Below are positions 34,670 to 50,583 of a stretch of DNA of 64,000 nt, piece after piece; positions within the stretch are counted from its first letter, which is position 1, and the number at the start of each line of letters is the position of its first letter. Source of the stretch: Balanoglossus misakiensis (Eukaryota; Animalia; Hemichordata); NCBI GenBank assembly GCA_040954595.2, contig CM082578.2, positions 15,422,998 through 15,486,997 of the forward strand, written 5' to 3'. A model generated the notes under the pieces. The model ran no database searches. It saw only the letters and a program-made list of their open reading frames with translations, and was not told where the DNA came from. A program made the translations under genes and the position numbers.

Positions 34670-34794
34670 AAAAGTAAACGCTGACGCAAATCAAAATCGT
34701 AGCAGTGCGAAATCTGTATCGGGGAAATTAAACTCGAGGCAATCCCTGCCTCGTTTTACTATTTACTCTTCTTCTCGCCCACACCTTTCAAGAA

Positions 34795-36242
34795 ATGGCG
34801 TATCCAGGTAAGATAAACCGAGAGAGAGTTTATGACAATCACTTGGATTTTATTGCCTGGGTTTGTTGAAGTATGTGTGAAATTCAGGTCGGTGTTCATA
34901 ATCTGACATGTTAATAACGCTGTGCTGCAATGTTTATGGTGTGTTGTAACAACGAGTGCTACATGTATTTGAGATTTCCACAATATACGTTATATACATT
35001 TTTGCCATGCCACATACACGTCATTTCACCTGGACAAGTGTTTCAGTGCAGTGGATTTGAAAAAGTGGGCCTATGTCATAATTAAGTAACGATTTGGCAT
35101 TTTGGTTTACATAAAAAGATAATGTTCTGTGTCCCTTTCCATTTTATCCATTACAACCTTGGCAATACTTATATAAACGTGTCTCTCCATAGCAACGCAC
35201 TGCTGAATACAAGCCGTGGGTTAACTCTATTCGTATGTATTTTTGCGATCGGATGTCCTTTGAAGTGAGCACGTCATAAAACTGATTGACAAGACAAAAA
35301 AGCTTAAAATTGAATGCGTTGAATATGAAAAGGGGACTCCAATTTAAACACTTAGTATAGCTGCCTCATTCATAACACCCATTCATATTAGGCCTACACC
35401 TTGGGCGTGACATCCCTGTTACATGTTAAATAGGTCAGTTTCTATCATTGAGAGTATGGAGTCTACAGTCTATGGTTCAACATGTCGTGGTGCGATCTAA
35501 GGTGGCTTGACCAATATTGAGCGTGTCAAGGCATTCTTCTTATACGGGTGTTAACATTTTAAATTGTACACGTGTTTAATTTATCAGCATTGCTTGTTCC
35601 ACTGTGACATCGCATCAATATATACATTCCACTGAGTCAAAATTCAGGCTGCAAATAATTAGTGGAAAGCTATTGTACTTGACCTTGTCGTTTGGTCACC
35701 AACAGTTAGAGAATTTGGGCTCATATATGCGCTTGATAGGGTTCCTACGTAATGACACGAATGTTGTAGAATACGGTGTTATTTTTGTGAGATGGGGGTA
35801 TACTAGAGCTATGTCAATAATCACATGCAAACACCCTCAAGCATTTACTTATTGAATATTACACTTTCTTTTAATAGGGCAACCAGCAGGGGGCCAACCA
35901 GCGGCGCCATGGCAACCAACTCCGGCCCAGGGTGGTCAACCTGGTTACAAGTGGGATGATGGTCCAGACACGGACCCTGATGACGATGACAATGTCGCCG
36001 AACCGACACATGGTGACCCGACAGACATTGCCACTGCGGAAGGTTATCAACCGATACAGGGGTATGAGAATGTTGGATTCGGAACAGGTAAGGCACACTT
36101 CTAACCTCAGGTGGCGCTCTTTGGCCAAGAGTTGAAAAGAACACTAAGCTCTTCCACGTGAGATCAAGAGTAATGTAATCTAGGTGACACAAAATGAGCA
36201 GCGAGTGTGAGACAAAATATCCCCAACTCTTGTGAGAAATGG

Positions 36243-36308
<66 letters not shown>

Positions 36309-38729
36309 ATTTCTACAGGTGCGGCCGCTCCACCTCCGCCGTTTCAACCCCCTCCGGAAACAGAGAAGCCACAGGAAGTATACTCGTCGTAAGTCTAGCA
36401 ATTCCATAAATTTACTTTTTGATATCGATTTACCAGGCTGCACTGTTCAATTTCTGTTTAAGCTTACTAAATTACAAAAACGTATTTGTTATAGGGCTGC
36501 CAACATCACAGAAGAGGAAGCACGAGACGCCATGATAAGATTTGTGGAACAGAACTGCTGCTATGGTTCCAAGCCTGCCAAAGAGATGAGTATCGAATCC
36601 ATCACACCGTCAAGTGCTCTGCATGTAAGTTTTCCTCCCATTCATTAATATTTATGCACAAATTGATTATCTGAAAAATTTAAAACTGCAACATGAAATG
36701 GTTTCGATAAGTTTTAGTCTTTAAGCTTACGTTGATCAAGACTGACAAATCTCCCGAGAAAGAGCTACCGGCCTGAGCACGATCAGATACTGGATCATAT
36801 GGATGTTGATATATCAACGCTTGCAGACACTTTCTGTCTTCCTTTTTTGTACTAATGATTGGAGTCCATTCCGGTCCCAGCAACTAGAAAATTTATGTTT
36901 GGATTTCTTAGGACAGCTTTTGATTTTCCCTTTCAGTACGAGTTGGAGACTTACACGGAGACTCGGATGACCAGCCGGGCATGGATACCATACAACGGGT
37001 ACGATCCCGTCGACGGACCCATGAATGGTTATCCTCCGCAGCTTTGGGAGATTGTGTGTTCTGCAAATGTTCTCTTCATGGACGAAGTCAAAGAACTTGA
37101 AGTCCCGCATACGGCGTTTGTGATGGTGACTATATAATTTTTACCATACATAGTTTGCATGCGTAGAAAGTGTGTTCCAACTTTTCATATTTTGTATTAT
37201 TTAATACATGTATTAGTATATTGGTGGTGCGCACAGATATGTTGTACAATGCAACGAAGCATTTATTATACGTCGTTGGAATTTAATTGAGTAGGCCTAT
37301 TTTAGTTTACTCTTTCGCAGTACTAACCCTAAGTTCCCATCAACTTTAGCCCTGTCATGGTTGTCGTGCAATGGGATTCAATCGATGTTATCGTTGCCGT
37401 GGTCGCGGACGGGTACGGTGTCGGACGTGTGGGGCTGATGGCCGTGTGTGGCGCACTAATGCTGAGGGACAACGGTATCAGGAGAGATGCGGGCAGTGTG
37501 GCGGAGCTGGCAAAAGAATGTATGTAATTCAGGCTTCATGAATTCTTCTGTCAATTTAACGCTTCTTTTTCTATACACTTTTAGTGTTATTGTACTTGTA
37601 AAAATAACACTCAGTCAATGCTTCATTCAATACTAAAGTACGATGAGACATATATTAACACCCCCCGGCCATGAGAATTACTTTTATGACTTTACTTTTA
37701 AACTGAGATTAGCTTACTGAGGAGTATACCCAAACGTATTATCGTGGCTGTGTGTTTGTATGTGGACAAGAAAACGAGTTGACCATTGCATACAAAATGT
37801 TTGATCTTTACTAGGTGTCACACGTGTGGTGGCGATGGTCGTATTACATGCACTGCGTGCAGAGGACATCGCATGATAAAACATTTCATCAAGCTGACCG
37901 TACGATTGTAAGTAACCATATATTTTCAGCAGTAGTAATATCAATGTAGTTTTAATCTAAAAGTTCAAAACTGTCCTCAGAAGATGTTTAATGGTTTCAG
38001 TATATCAATTGATCTCGCTAGATATTGCTGCAAATCACTGAGGGATATTTAGAAGATTACTTTTCTCAGAAAATCTTCACTGAGTACCACGTATACAATT
38101 CTCGATTACCCCCGCTTTAATATGACCCTTAGATGATCTACATTATTTCTCTATAGCACAAATCACAAAAGTGATTACATCATGGAAAAATCCGACATGC
38201 CTGATCATTTGGTCCGTGATGTCAGCGGTGTTGTGATTTTTGAGCAAACTCTACCATATGTGTGGCCAATCTCAAGTTATCCTATAGCGGAGGTGAATAA
38301 CAACTCCATCAGGATTGTCAATGAACACCGCGGTGTCTACGCCACGGAAAGATTGGTTCAACAGGTATATGTTATTTTACGTAAGATATCAATCAGATAC
38401 CGGATACTTCAGGGGTTTCTATAAAATGTGAAATAATTCTGGCCTCGTTCGAGTGCTACTGCGACGCGTAAAAACTTACACTTCATAATTCATCATGGTT
38501 GTACACGTTTCTCTCAAAACAATCGAAACGACATGAACTTCGACTAATAAAAGGTTTCTATTTTCTTTCTCTCTTTGAACAGCGCCAAAAACTAAGATCA
38601 GTTCCCGTGACGGAGTGTCTGTACCAGTGGAAAGATGCCAGAACCCGTTTCTGGGTGTACGGCAATGAACGCAATGTCCATGCGCCGGACTACCCCCAGC
38701 AATGCTGCTGCGGATGCTCTATATTATAA
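34795..38729 (+). CDS. SSUH2: SSUH2 homolog, copy 1 (DnaJ-type CxxCxGxG repeats, C-terminal CaaX)
   Basis: Micro-exon MAYP|G, a Pro/Gly/Gln-rich N-terminus, ITEEEARDAMIRFVEQNCCYGSKPAKEM, YELETYTETR...VDGPMNGYPPQLWEI...EVPHTA, CxxCxGxG repeats, and a terminal FWVYGNERNVHAPDYPQQCCCGCSIL*. Confidence 0.9.
36246..36308. repeat. (GAT)21 microsatellite abutting the 3' splice site of SSUH2 copy 1 intron 2
   Basis: The tract is followed directly by atttctacag and the exon at 36319. Confidence 0.95.
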
Positions 38730-39445
38730 ATCAGTCACTCCATGCAGTATTGGATGGTTTCAACTTGTAAATTAAAATAATGAAATTTACTACACCTCGG
38801 ACATTCGTTTAAAAAGATGATCGGATATTAGGCCTATACACAAGAAAGATTATGATCCCGACAAACGTTATGACGCCAAGGGAAAAATACTTCACTGTAG
38901 ATCTATCAACGTGCAATTCTTGAAACTGTTCAACTCTAATGTCTGAAAACATACAATTTACTAACTAGGTTATTATAACCAGATGATAAAAAAGCTTGAG
39001 CAGAATTGATATTGACATATGATATGACATGATATGATATACGCTCTCTAATTGCAATACTTGGATCGACGACAACTGACTTCATAGAACATTAGACGCG
39101 TCGTGCATGAGAGAATGTTTATACGATTTGATTGTAAGTGCCAACTTTGATTGAAATTAAGAACTATATAATTGTAATTCTATCACTGGGTACGTTTTGT
39201 AATTATTTACAGTCTGCCGTCCATTCATTATGTTATTGTTTTTAAGTATGTACCATGTTTAAAATAAATATAAAAAAATGCCAACGATGTAATTTGTGAT
39301 ATAATTTTTGGAACATACTCTCGACGTTTGTTTCCTTCTTATCCTGTTTCCATCGCCGTTCTTGCCCCCGCTTTCAAATGCACTGAAAATGGGTTTCACT
39401 CCAGTCACAGGCCCTGTGAAGCCCCATGCACTGTAATACAGGCGA

Positions 39446-39485
39446 GGGGTGAGGGGAGGGGAGGGGAGGGGGGGGGGGGTGAGGG
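39446..39485 (+). other. G-rich tract with G-quadruplex potential upstream of SSUH2 copy 2
   Basis: ggggtgaggggaggggaggggag followed by a long G run, giving at least five G3+ runs with short loops. Confidence 0.5.
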
Positions 39486-39727
39486 TGAAAAGCTCGTCAC
39501 AGTCGCAGCCTGCAATGGCGCTTGCTCGTTATGATGCCGACACTGAAAACAGCGGGTTGGATTCTCTTGACCTCTGGCATTTTGACAAGTTGTCAAAAAG
39601 ATTTTTTACCCGTGTCAATATGTCGACTTAAACTACAAAGGGTATTCATATTTAAAATGTTCTTTGCATGGGTGTCCTTAAAATAGGTCAAACAGACCAG
39701 CCATCGCCGTCTGTTTTACACTGTTCG

Positions 39728-39751
39728 ATTGTTTGCCTGTTGCGTGGCAAC
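39728..39751 (+). promoter_or_regulatory. Forkhead + RFX X-box module upstream of SSUH2 copy 2
   Basis: attgtttgcctGTTGCGTGGCAAC, paralogous to 34646-34669. Confidence 0.6.
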
Positions 39752-39913
39752 TGAGCGCACCTTTTTCATGTCTTGTATACACGTAATCGGTCGATGTATG
39801 TCATGAATGACTGAGGAGGAATTGGAACTGAACCGCATTTTATGTAGATAACCTGTTTCGACGCCGCATGGTCTCGTCATTTTAATACAGTTGCTTGTCA
39901 TCTGGCTAAAATA

Positions 39914-43241
<3,328 letters not shown>

Positions 43242-44663
43242 ACAGTCCTTCCAGAGTTGAACACTTCCAGGATGTAAATAAACGCCAGGAATACAGTCTT
43301 CCAAGAAGATTGCAGAATGGAAGATTCATCGCTTGTGATGATTTCTAGGGAAGAGATAGAGGGCGCCATGAGCGGTGCCATCCAACATAAAGTTGTGAAT
43401 ATTAAGTCTGATATTATTTACAAAGATAAAAAAAAAATCATTTATGTGTAATTGATGTATGAATGAAATCTGTGCTGCAAAGTATTTTGATCATAGTTAT
43501 TGATGGGCAGTTCAAGACTTTTTGGCCATGCCATTCGGTTACCATGGTGATACAGTTTGAGTTCATTGAATGTCATTTTAGCTGCTATATTATGTTAGCC
43601 ATTTTATCATCATGAACCATTAAGTTACAGGGTATAGACAAACTAATGAATATAAGTAGCTGGATTTCTGTTTGACAGAGAAACTGTTTATATTATAGTG
43701 CTGTTGATAATTCTCTTGGTATTTACAAGCTATTTATATAATAAACATTTCTCCATCATGAGTATAAACCTGGTCAGTATTCTCCAAGGTTTTTTAGGGG
43801 GGACATTCTTTAGAACCACAATTGATTCTGAAACAGTTTAGTTTTATTTGAATGGGTGCATTACAACTTGCAATCAGTATGGTGTACAGATACTGTATAC
43901 ACACAGAGACACACCTACATGCAAATGTAGCATTTTTAAAGCAATTTTGTTGAAAACTTGGAAATCTTTATTTTTGTACCAAATCGTTAACAATTCAAGT
44001 CAAACAAGAATGCTTGCATTCAATCAGATTTTATCTGACTTGCACATTCCCAGAAAACACCCAGTCAATTAGCGATTTCTTTGAACTGAGCATTTTCAAA
44101 CATAGGTGCTGTTATGCAACGCTTAACAACCACGATTTCATTTCTGGATCCACAGAGCAAGTTCAACATCGCTGCATGATGTGAAAAGAGACATTTTGTG
44201 CTGCCCTCTGTCAGAAGGCATGTAGCAATTTGATCGCGCAGATTGTCTTGTAAAATTCAAACTTTAACTAACCTAGTAGACACCAGACCTGTAGAGGGAA
44301 TATCATTCTTACATCTTACTTCATGAGTAGTACCATCCTCTATAGTTTATGATTGCAGTGCCTTACACCCAGTTGCAATCAGGTTCTGACTTTATCAAAG
44401 TAACAGAACATCTTCAGCCAATAATAATGTGCCTTCAGATTGACTATATTTGACACTTCATCAGTCAATCAATTGAAGTTGTATAACTTCATTGCAACTA
44501 CTGCATCCATTGCTAGAATTTTACTTGGCAAAAATTTTGTCTGGAAAGAATAATCTCTGTAACTCTTCAGCACATTCTCCGCAGAAACCAGATATACCTC
44601 ATGAAAAACTAAACCCATTGTAACAAAAGTTGCTACTTCAAGCAGGAAAGTTCTTCGGATATG

Positions 44664-47600
44664 TTACTTTCCATGGTAATATTTTGTCGGCACAAATGGC
44701 ATCTTCGATACCTCACCCGCTACGTGTTTCTTCCTCACTTCAAGTTTGACCTGTGAACCCCTCTTTGAGTGTGCGGTTTCAACGTAACCCATGGCAACAT
44801 TCTTCTTCAAAGTAGGTGACGGACATCCACTGGTCAGCTGACCAATCTTCTCCCCAGCTTCATTCAGTATGTTTGTACCAGCTGAAAGTCAGTGGAAACA
44901 CACAAAATATTGTAATATTACTATGCTACTATGGTAAATACTGATGTATTGCTCTGAGACAAGTTGCAAGTTCAAATTCACAATGCTGTAGTCTACATCA
45001 GTTTTAAAATGTTCCAAAACTCCTTTTCAGGGCAAAATGCTGCAGTTTCAGAAACGATACACAAATTCAAGGTTTCTTCTGGCAAGAGTTCATATCACAA
45101 AAATGCATACACACATACACATACATGTACACACATGCCCGTGCACACATACATACATACCTCTAGCTGGAGGGCCACTGGATATTATTCCAACTCTCTT
45201 TCTCTTCGGTTTGTCTTTCAGTTGTTGCAGAATGATAGCTGCTCCTGGAAAGTTGGCTTCCTGGCGTCTTCTCTTTGCTGCAGATAAAAAAAATGTTTAT
45301 TGAAGTAGAAAAATTCTCACTCTGTGGTATACTACTGGCATACATAAATAATAGAAGAGAAAAACTGCAAACTGAGTCATCAAATGTCTGGCTTTCCATT
45401 GTCTGCCCACTTTGTGTATTTCACTGTGCTTTATACTCTGATAAAGACAATTTTCCTACCTATGGTCCATGCTAAGGTTGCTTCTATCGGGGTTGTGTCT
45501 TCTTCAATATCGTTTCCATAGAGACAGAGACCCGCTTCAAGACGCAGGCTATCTCTTGCCCCAAGTCCTGCTAATTTGACCGAGGCTTCTTCAGAATTTA
45601 GCAGTGTTTCCACCAGCTGACCAACATGTTGTATTGGAACTGAAATCTGGCAGAATTAACAGACACAACATGGGCAATGGAGTCATATTGACTCAAAATC
45701 ACAACAGGAGAATAATTATTCAAGGAAGTCAAATGAATGTGGTAGATGTTTCATTTCGACAAAAATTATCACTATTCTATTCTTATGCTGATTGATATCG
45801 TTCATTTTTTTTTTCAAAACAAACCTCCACACCATCTTCTCCAGTATATCCACATCTGGTGATCCTACACTTGGGAACACCAAATAACGTTGACTCTGTT
45901 GTTGTCATGAAAGTCAAATTACTCAGGTCAAAGTCAACTCCTTTTTGTAAAACTTTGCTCATCATTGGTCCTGAAAAACAAAACCCAGAACATTTTTAGT
46001 GTCTTGAACCACTAGTGGCAGTATCTTTGATATCAAACTTATACCTGTCTTTTGTTAAGCATGACTATAGCGTCTGTTGGGGGTGGTGTAAAATTCTGCA
46101 GGACTCTGAAATTAATTTCTTGACAATTAGAGTTGAGCTTCAGTTGAAGTCACAGATGTATAATGACCTTTAACCTTCTTTGTCGTATTAAACAAATTTG
46201 TTTTTATGTGGCATATTACATCACAACTTTTATGACTGCGACTGAGCAGTGACTGGCAACCAAGTATGAAATTTATTGCACAAAAATTGATTCCTATTGA
46301 ACTCCCAAGTAACCATGGATATAGATTGTTTTAATTGAATCCCCACCAAGCCACAAACTATCGTTTCAGGTCAAATAAGGCTAACAGTTAGACATCACAA
46401 TATTTTGTTTACACTTGTTATCATTTGGCCTGATACTTTAACTTATATAGACATGCATGACCTATTTCACATTGTGTATCACTAAACTGAAAAACTGTCC
46501 GAAGTTTAGGAATATGTTTGTGATCAGCAGATATGGCTGGATACTTCATACATAGAAGCCCCTTGAAAACTGTAGGATTAAATTGTAATTTTTTTATAAA
46601 AAAGCCTCAGGAAAATTTATTTTTAGCTCTAGAGCAACAAAAATGAGAAACATGTTTAACATTACTGTACTCTAAGCCACATGTGTATCTCATGAGACTG
46701 CTGTGTTTGAAAACGGAATTGTTATTCAGCATTTGTAAAATATGAATTGAAATGAACTGAATTGAATAGTCAATTGTTGTTGGACTCTATGATTCATCAA
46801 AGATTAACCGAGGACACGACAGACAACATCATCATGAAAACCACTATACAAAATACATTGCTATCCAAAGTAATTTCTCAAATGATATTATGCAGTTCTA
46901 ACTTGTATATGATGACACTAAAATAGTCACATGCATTTATGACAAATTTTTAAATGTTTTGCATTATTCTCGCAGTAACCCCGTCAGTTCTGTTGACAAT
47001 ATGACTGATCTAGATAAAGTCTTAACAGCAAGTAGAACTCAGTCTTTTACATGTACCAACTCTTTTGAAAGTCTTTGTTTTTGCACTGAATGGCTCATGA
47101 GCATTTAAGAACACCTGCTAACAGCCTACAGTACTTCATTTGATGAAGGAACCTGGCACACTCAATCACTGTCTCTGTTTAAATGATAAACCTTGTCAAA
47201 ACTTCCCATCTTTGCTATTTTGAAATTCTAATCAGGTATTCCTTCAGGGGGTATTAAAGTCAACTTCTTCTGCGTCACTTTGGCGGAAGGGCTTGAAAAC
47301 CGTGTTAATGCTTTTGCTGCTGTGAAATGAATACAGATGAGAAAGAAGAGGATAACAGCAACACACTTCATCCACTCGTCAATTCTTGCAACTTATCTCT
47401 TGCAAATCATCAAATCGCACATTCGGTTCATCACAGAGAAATGCAAAGACGCAACTTCCTTTTACCGCACAAAATTACACAGAATTCCCTGCGTGTTCAT
47501 TCCTTTCATAAATTTTCATTGCTCATCGGTGGAAAATCTCCACAAAGATAAATTGGATTTTCTAAAGCTGTATGCTCTATACATGTAAAGCATGTCACAA

Positions 47601-50298
47601 ATTTCCATAGAAATGACTTAGCTAATCCTCGAGTTATTCTTAGACTTTTTTTCATACATGGTATTTCCTCTTGATTAACTTTTCCAATACGTCTTAGCCA
47701 GGTTATGTACATAAATTTTACACACTAACATTGCTTGCTTGCTTGTATTTTCAAGTCATATGCGGTGATGTCAAAATTTAAATACATACTGATATAAAGT
47801 ATATAAAGTAAAATTGCATTGATGTGCAACATACAACTGTCATGGCTCCGATACAATTTCTTTGAAACTCGGTACAATGCTTGACCTCATGAGGTTGAAG
47901 TTTAAGACACTACTGTACAGAAATTTGTACAGGGCAGTTGAGATTAGGTGAATAGTGGCAGTGTAATGTCCCATGTGTTTTGAATCTAAATGAAATTTAA
48001 ATAACGGAATTATCAAGCTCATATCAACACATCTTAGTTTCATTTGAATGCATGGCTCCATCAGCTCCTAAATTTAATGATTCGGAAAGGATACAAGTTA
48101 TACCCGCAGTCCCTTGTGTATGCACCGGAACTCTGTTTATAGCCTCTTTATAGTCAATTGCAAGCTTCTGCTACACAAATTTGCGTAAATTTGCTTAATT
48201 TTGTCAGTTTTTACTAGTATTTTCACAAGTACACACACTGATTGGTTAAGCCTGCATAAAATGAGTGGAAATGTTTAATAGAATGTGGATGGGTAAAATT
48301 TAATATTGTGACAACAAATTGACTACAAACTTCTTGCTAAGCCTGTAGAAAAAACACACATTTCAGTTCTTTCTTCCAACCATGATAGTTGAGTAGCTGT
48401 GATTTTATTTCCTCTCTTCCATAAAATCATTCAATGAAGCCTTTTAATTGATTTCTTTATTCATATACATTCATTTCCACAAATAATTACTGCCATTTAC
48501 ATATCCATGCCTGAGTCTAGCTGACACATTAGACCAACTTCCTGTTAAATTTTTGCTTCCATTTAAAACCCTTACTTAAAAGCCGTTTCTCATTTCCATG
48601 GTGATATCCATAGAAATCTACACCACAATGAAACAATACAATGGAAGCTATATATACAATAATTGAAATATGGACAAGTAACAAGTTGAACGCAAGATTA
48701 CTCATTCATCAAATCAGTGGCCATGACCGAGTCAACACTAGACAGCTTTATGACTGAATAGCACACTTTGAAAGGGAAATCATGGAAAAAGTGAATAAAG
48801 CATCTCTTGCATTATTATTATTTATAAGTGATGAGCTCAAAAGTCCATGCAGAAGGGAAAAGTTTGGATAAAAAATAGCATCAAGGACACTACGCTCCCA
48901 TTTTATCAAAATTGTTCAATTCAAGTATGAATTTTAAATCTCACCTTGCAAAGCTAACAAAGCCACGTCTGGCAGGGGTTCAAAGGTCACATCACGGCCT
49001 TCAGACTTAAATTTAGCTTCTTGGGCCTGAAACAGGAAAGACGGAAAAAATGCAATGAAACACACACATCAGCTCAATCCATTTCCCAACCTGCTTATCA
49101 ACTTTTTACATGACACTGAAAGTATGTTCTTAATGACATCTTGTTTTACCAAATTATCTAACTGACAACTTTTCATCAGAATTTTAGTGTGAACAACAGA
49201 ATACATGCTGATAGATAAGAAAACAAAGCAAATACAGAGAGACTAATAATAGACCATCTCCTTTCATGGAGGGTACCTTCTAAGCCGTTACCTCCCTTCC
49301 AACTAATCCATTAACACTCAACTCACCTTCATATGCGCAATATCCTTGTCAATACAGCCAGCGTTGGAAACCACATACAGATATCCATCACTGGTTTTAC
49401 TGACAATCAAATCATCTTTGATTCCACCTTGTTCATTGGTGAACAGGGAGAGTGTCCCTGTGTTATCAGCCAATCCTGCTACATCGCCTGAAATATACAG
49501 ATATCAGATGCTGTTTTTGCCATGTAAACATTCATTTCATGTCATCAGAACAGCTATATTGTTTTGTTTTCTGCACAATTATTCTAGCCTTGGAAAATTT
49601 GACTTCATGTTAACACAAGGCCAAAATTGAGATCCAAATTTTCAACTCATGATACACATGTGACAAGTGTAACTGGTACTTCATGCTAGTTGGAGAAAAA
49701 AAAATAAAACTCTGAACCTTACCTACAATGAGACTTTCTATAAAACTGACTCTGTCTTTCCCATAGATTTTACTCTGTTGCATGTGAGAGACATCAAAGA
49801 GTGAAACATTACTCCTTGTGTGTACATGTTCTGCTAGCAGGCCAGATGACTTGTATTGGACAGGCATAGCAAACCCTGCAAAGGGTACCATCTTAGCCCC
49901 ATGCTCAATGTGCAAGTCGTACAAACATGTCTTCTTCAAATTCTCTTCTGCCTGGGAGGGAGAAAACACACACCAAGTTCATAACTATTAAATAAAAAAT
50001 AAAAATGGACTTATGCGCATACACATAATTGTGAGTGCTCACAATTCTTCATCTGTGTATACAAAGTAGGGCGTTTAAATTGAACGACCAGTAAATACTC
50101 CGAACGACGGATGCATCACAGTGGCGTGGCAGACGGACGAATGCAGCAGACGATTTTCTCCAGTGGTCTACTCACCTTCGACGCTAATAACCGCTTCTGT
50201 GGGAGGACACAAGCATCCCACACAGTGACACGCCGTAACAGCTTCGATGCAAGGCCAGAGACACGATTACAATACACGGACATTTTGAAACATGGCAT
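44664..50298 (-). CDS. AMT: Aminomethyltransferase, mitochondrial (glycine cleavage system T protein), 8 exons
   Basis: Arg-rich transit peptide, [29 protein letters not shown]...[61 protein letters not shown] and [12 protein letters not shown]. An alternative start at 50283 is possible. Confidence 0.97.
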
Positions 50299-50583
50299 GT
50301 GGAAATTTCGGATGAAATCAGCTGATGTCAGGTGACCCTACTTGTTCTCGATCCCAAACGAGACAGGATGTTGACCTGTTTTGACCTCAACGTATTTATA
50401 GATTTGTCGAAAGAGGGCGGTATATTGAGCAGACAGCAATACATGTACTTGGAAAAACTCGACAATTAAATTAGTTAATCTTTATTGAAACATAAAAGTA
50501 ACATAAAATACACACACAATAAATATGACAAGCGACTACTTGGGGAAAACGGGAGTATACAAACGTGAAGTGCGTAAATGAGA

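Noticed and set aside
47840-48061. ORF with HMGHYTA resembling a USP His-box
   Set aside because: No Cys-box or other supporting context. It lies in AT-rich intronic, repeat-like sequence.
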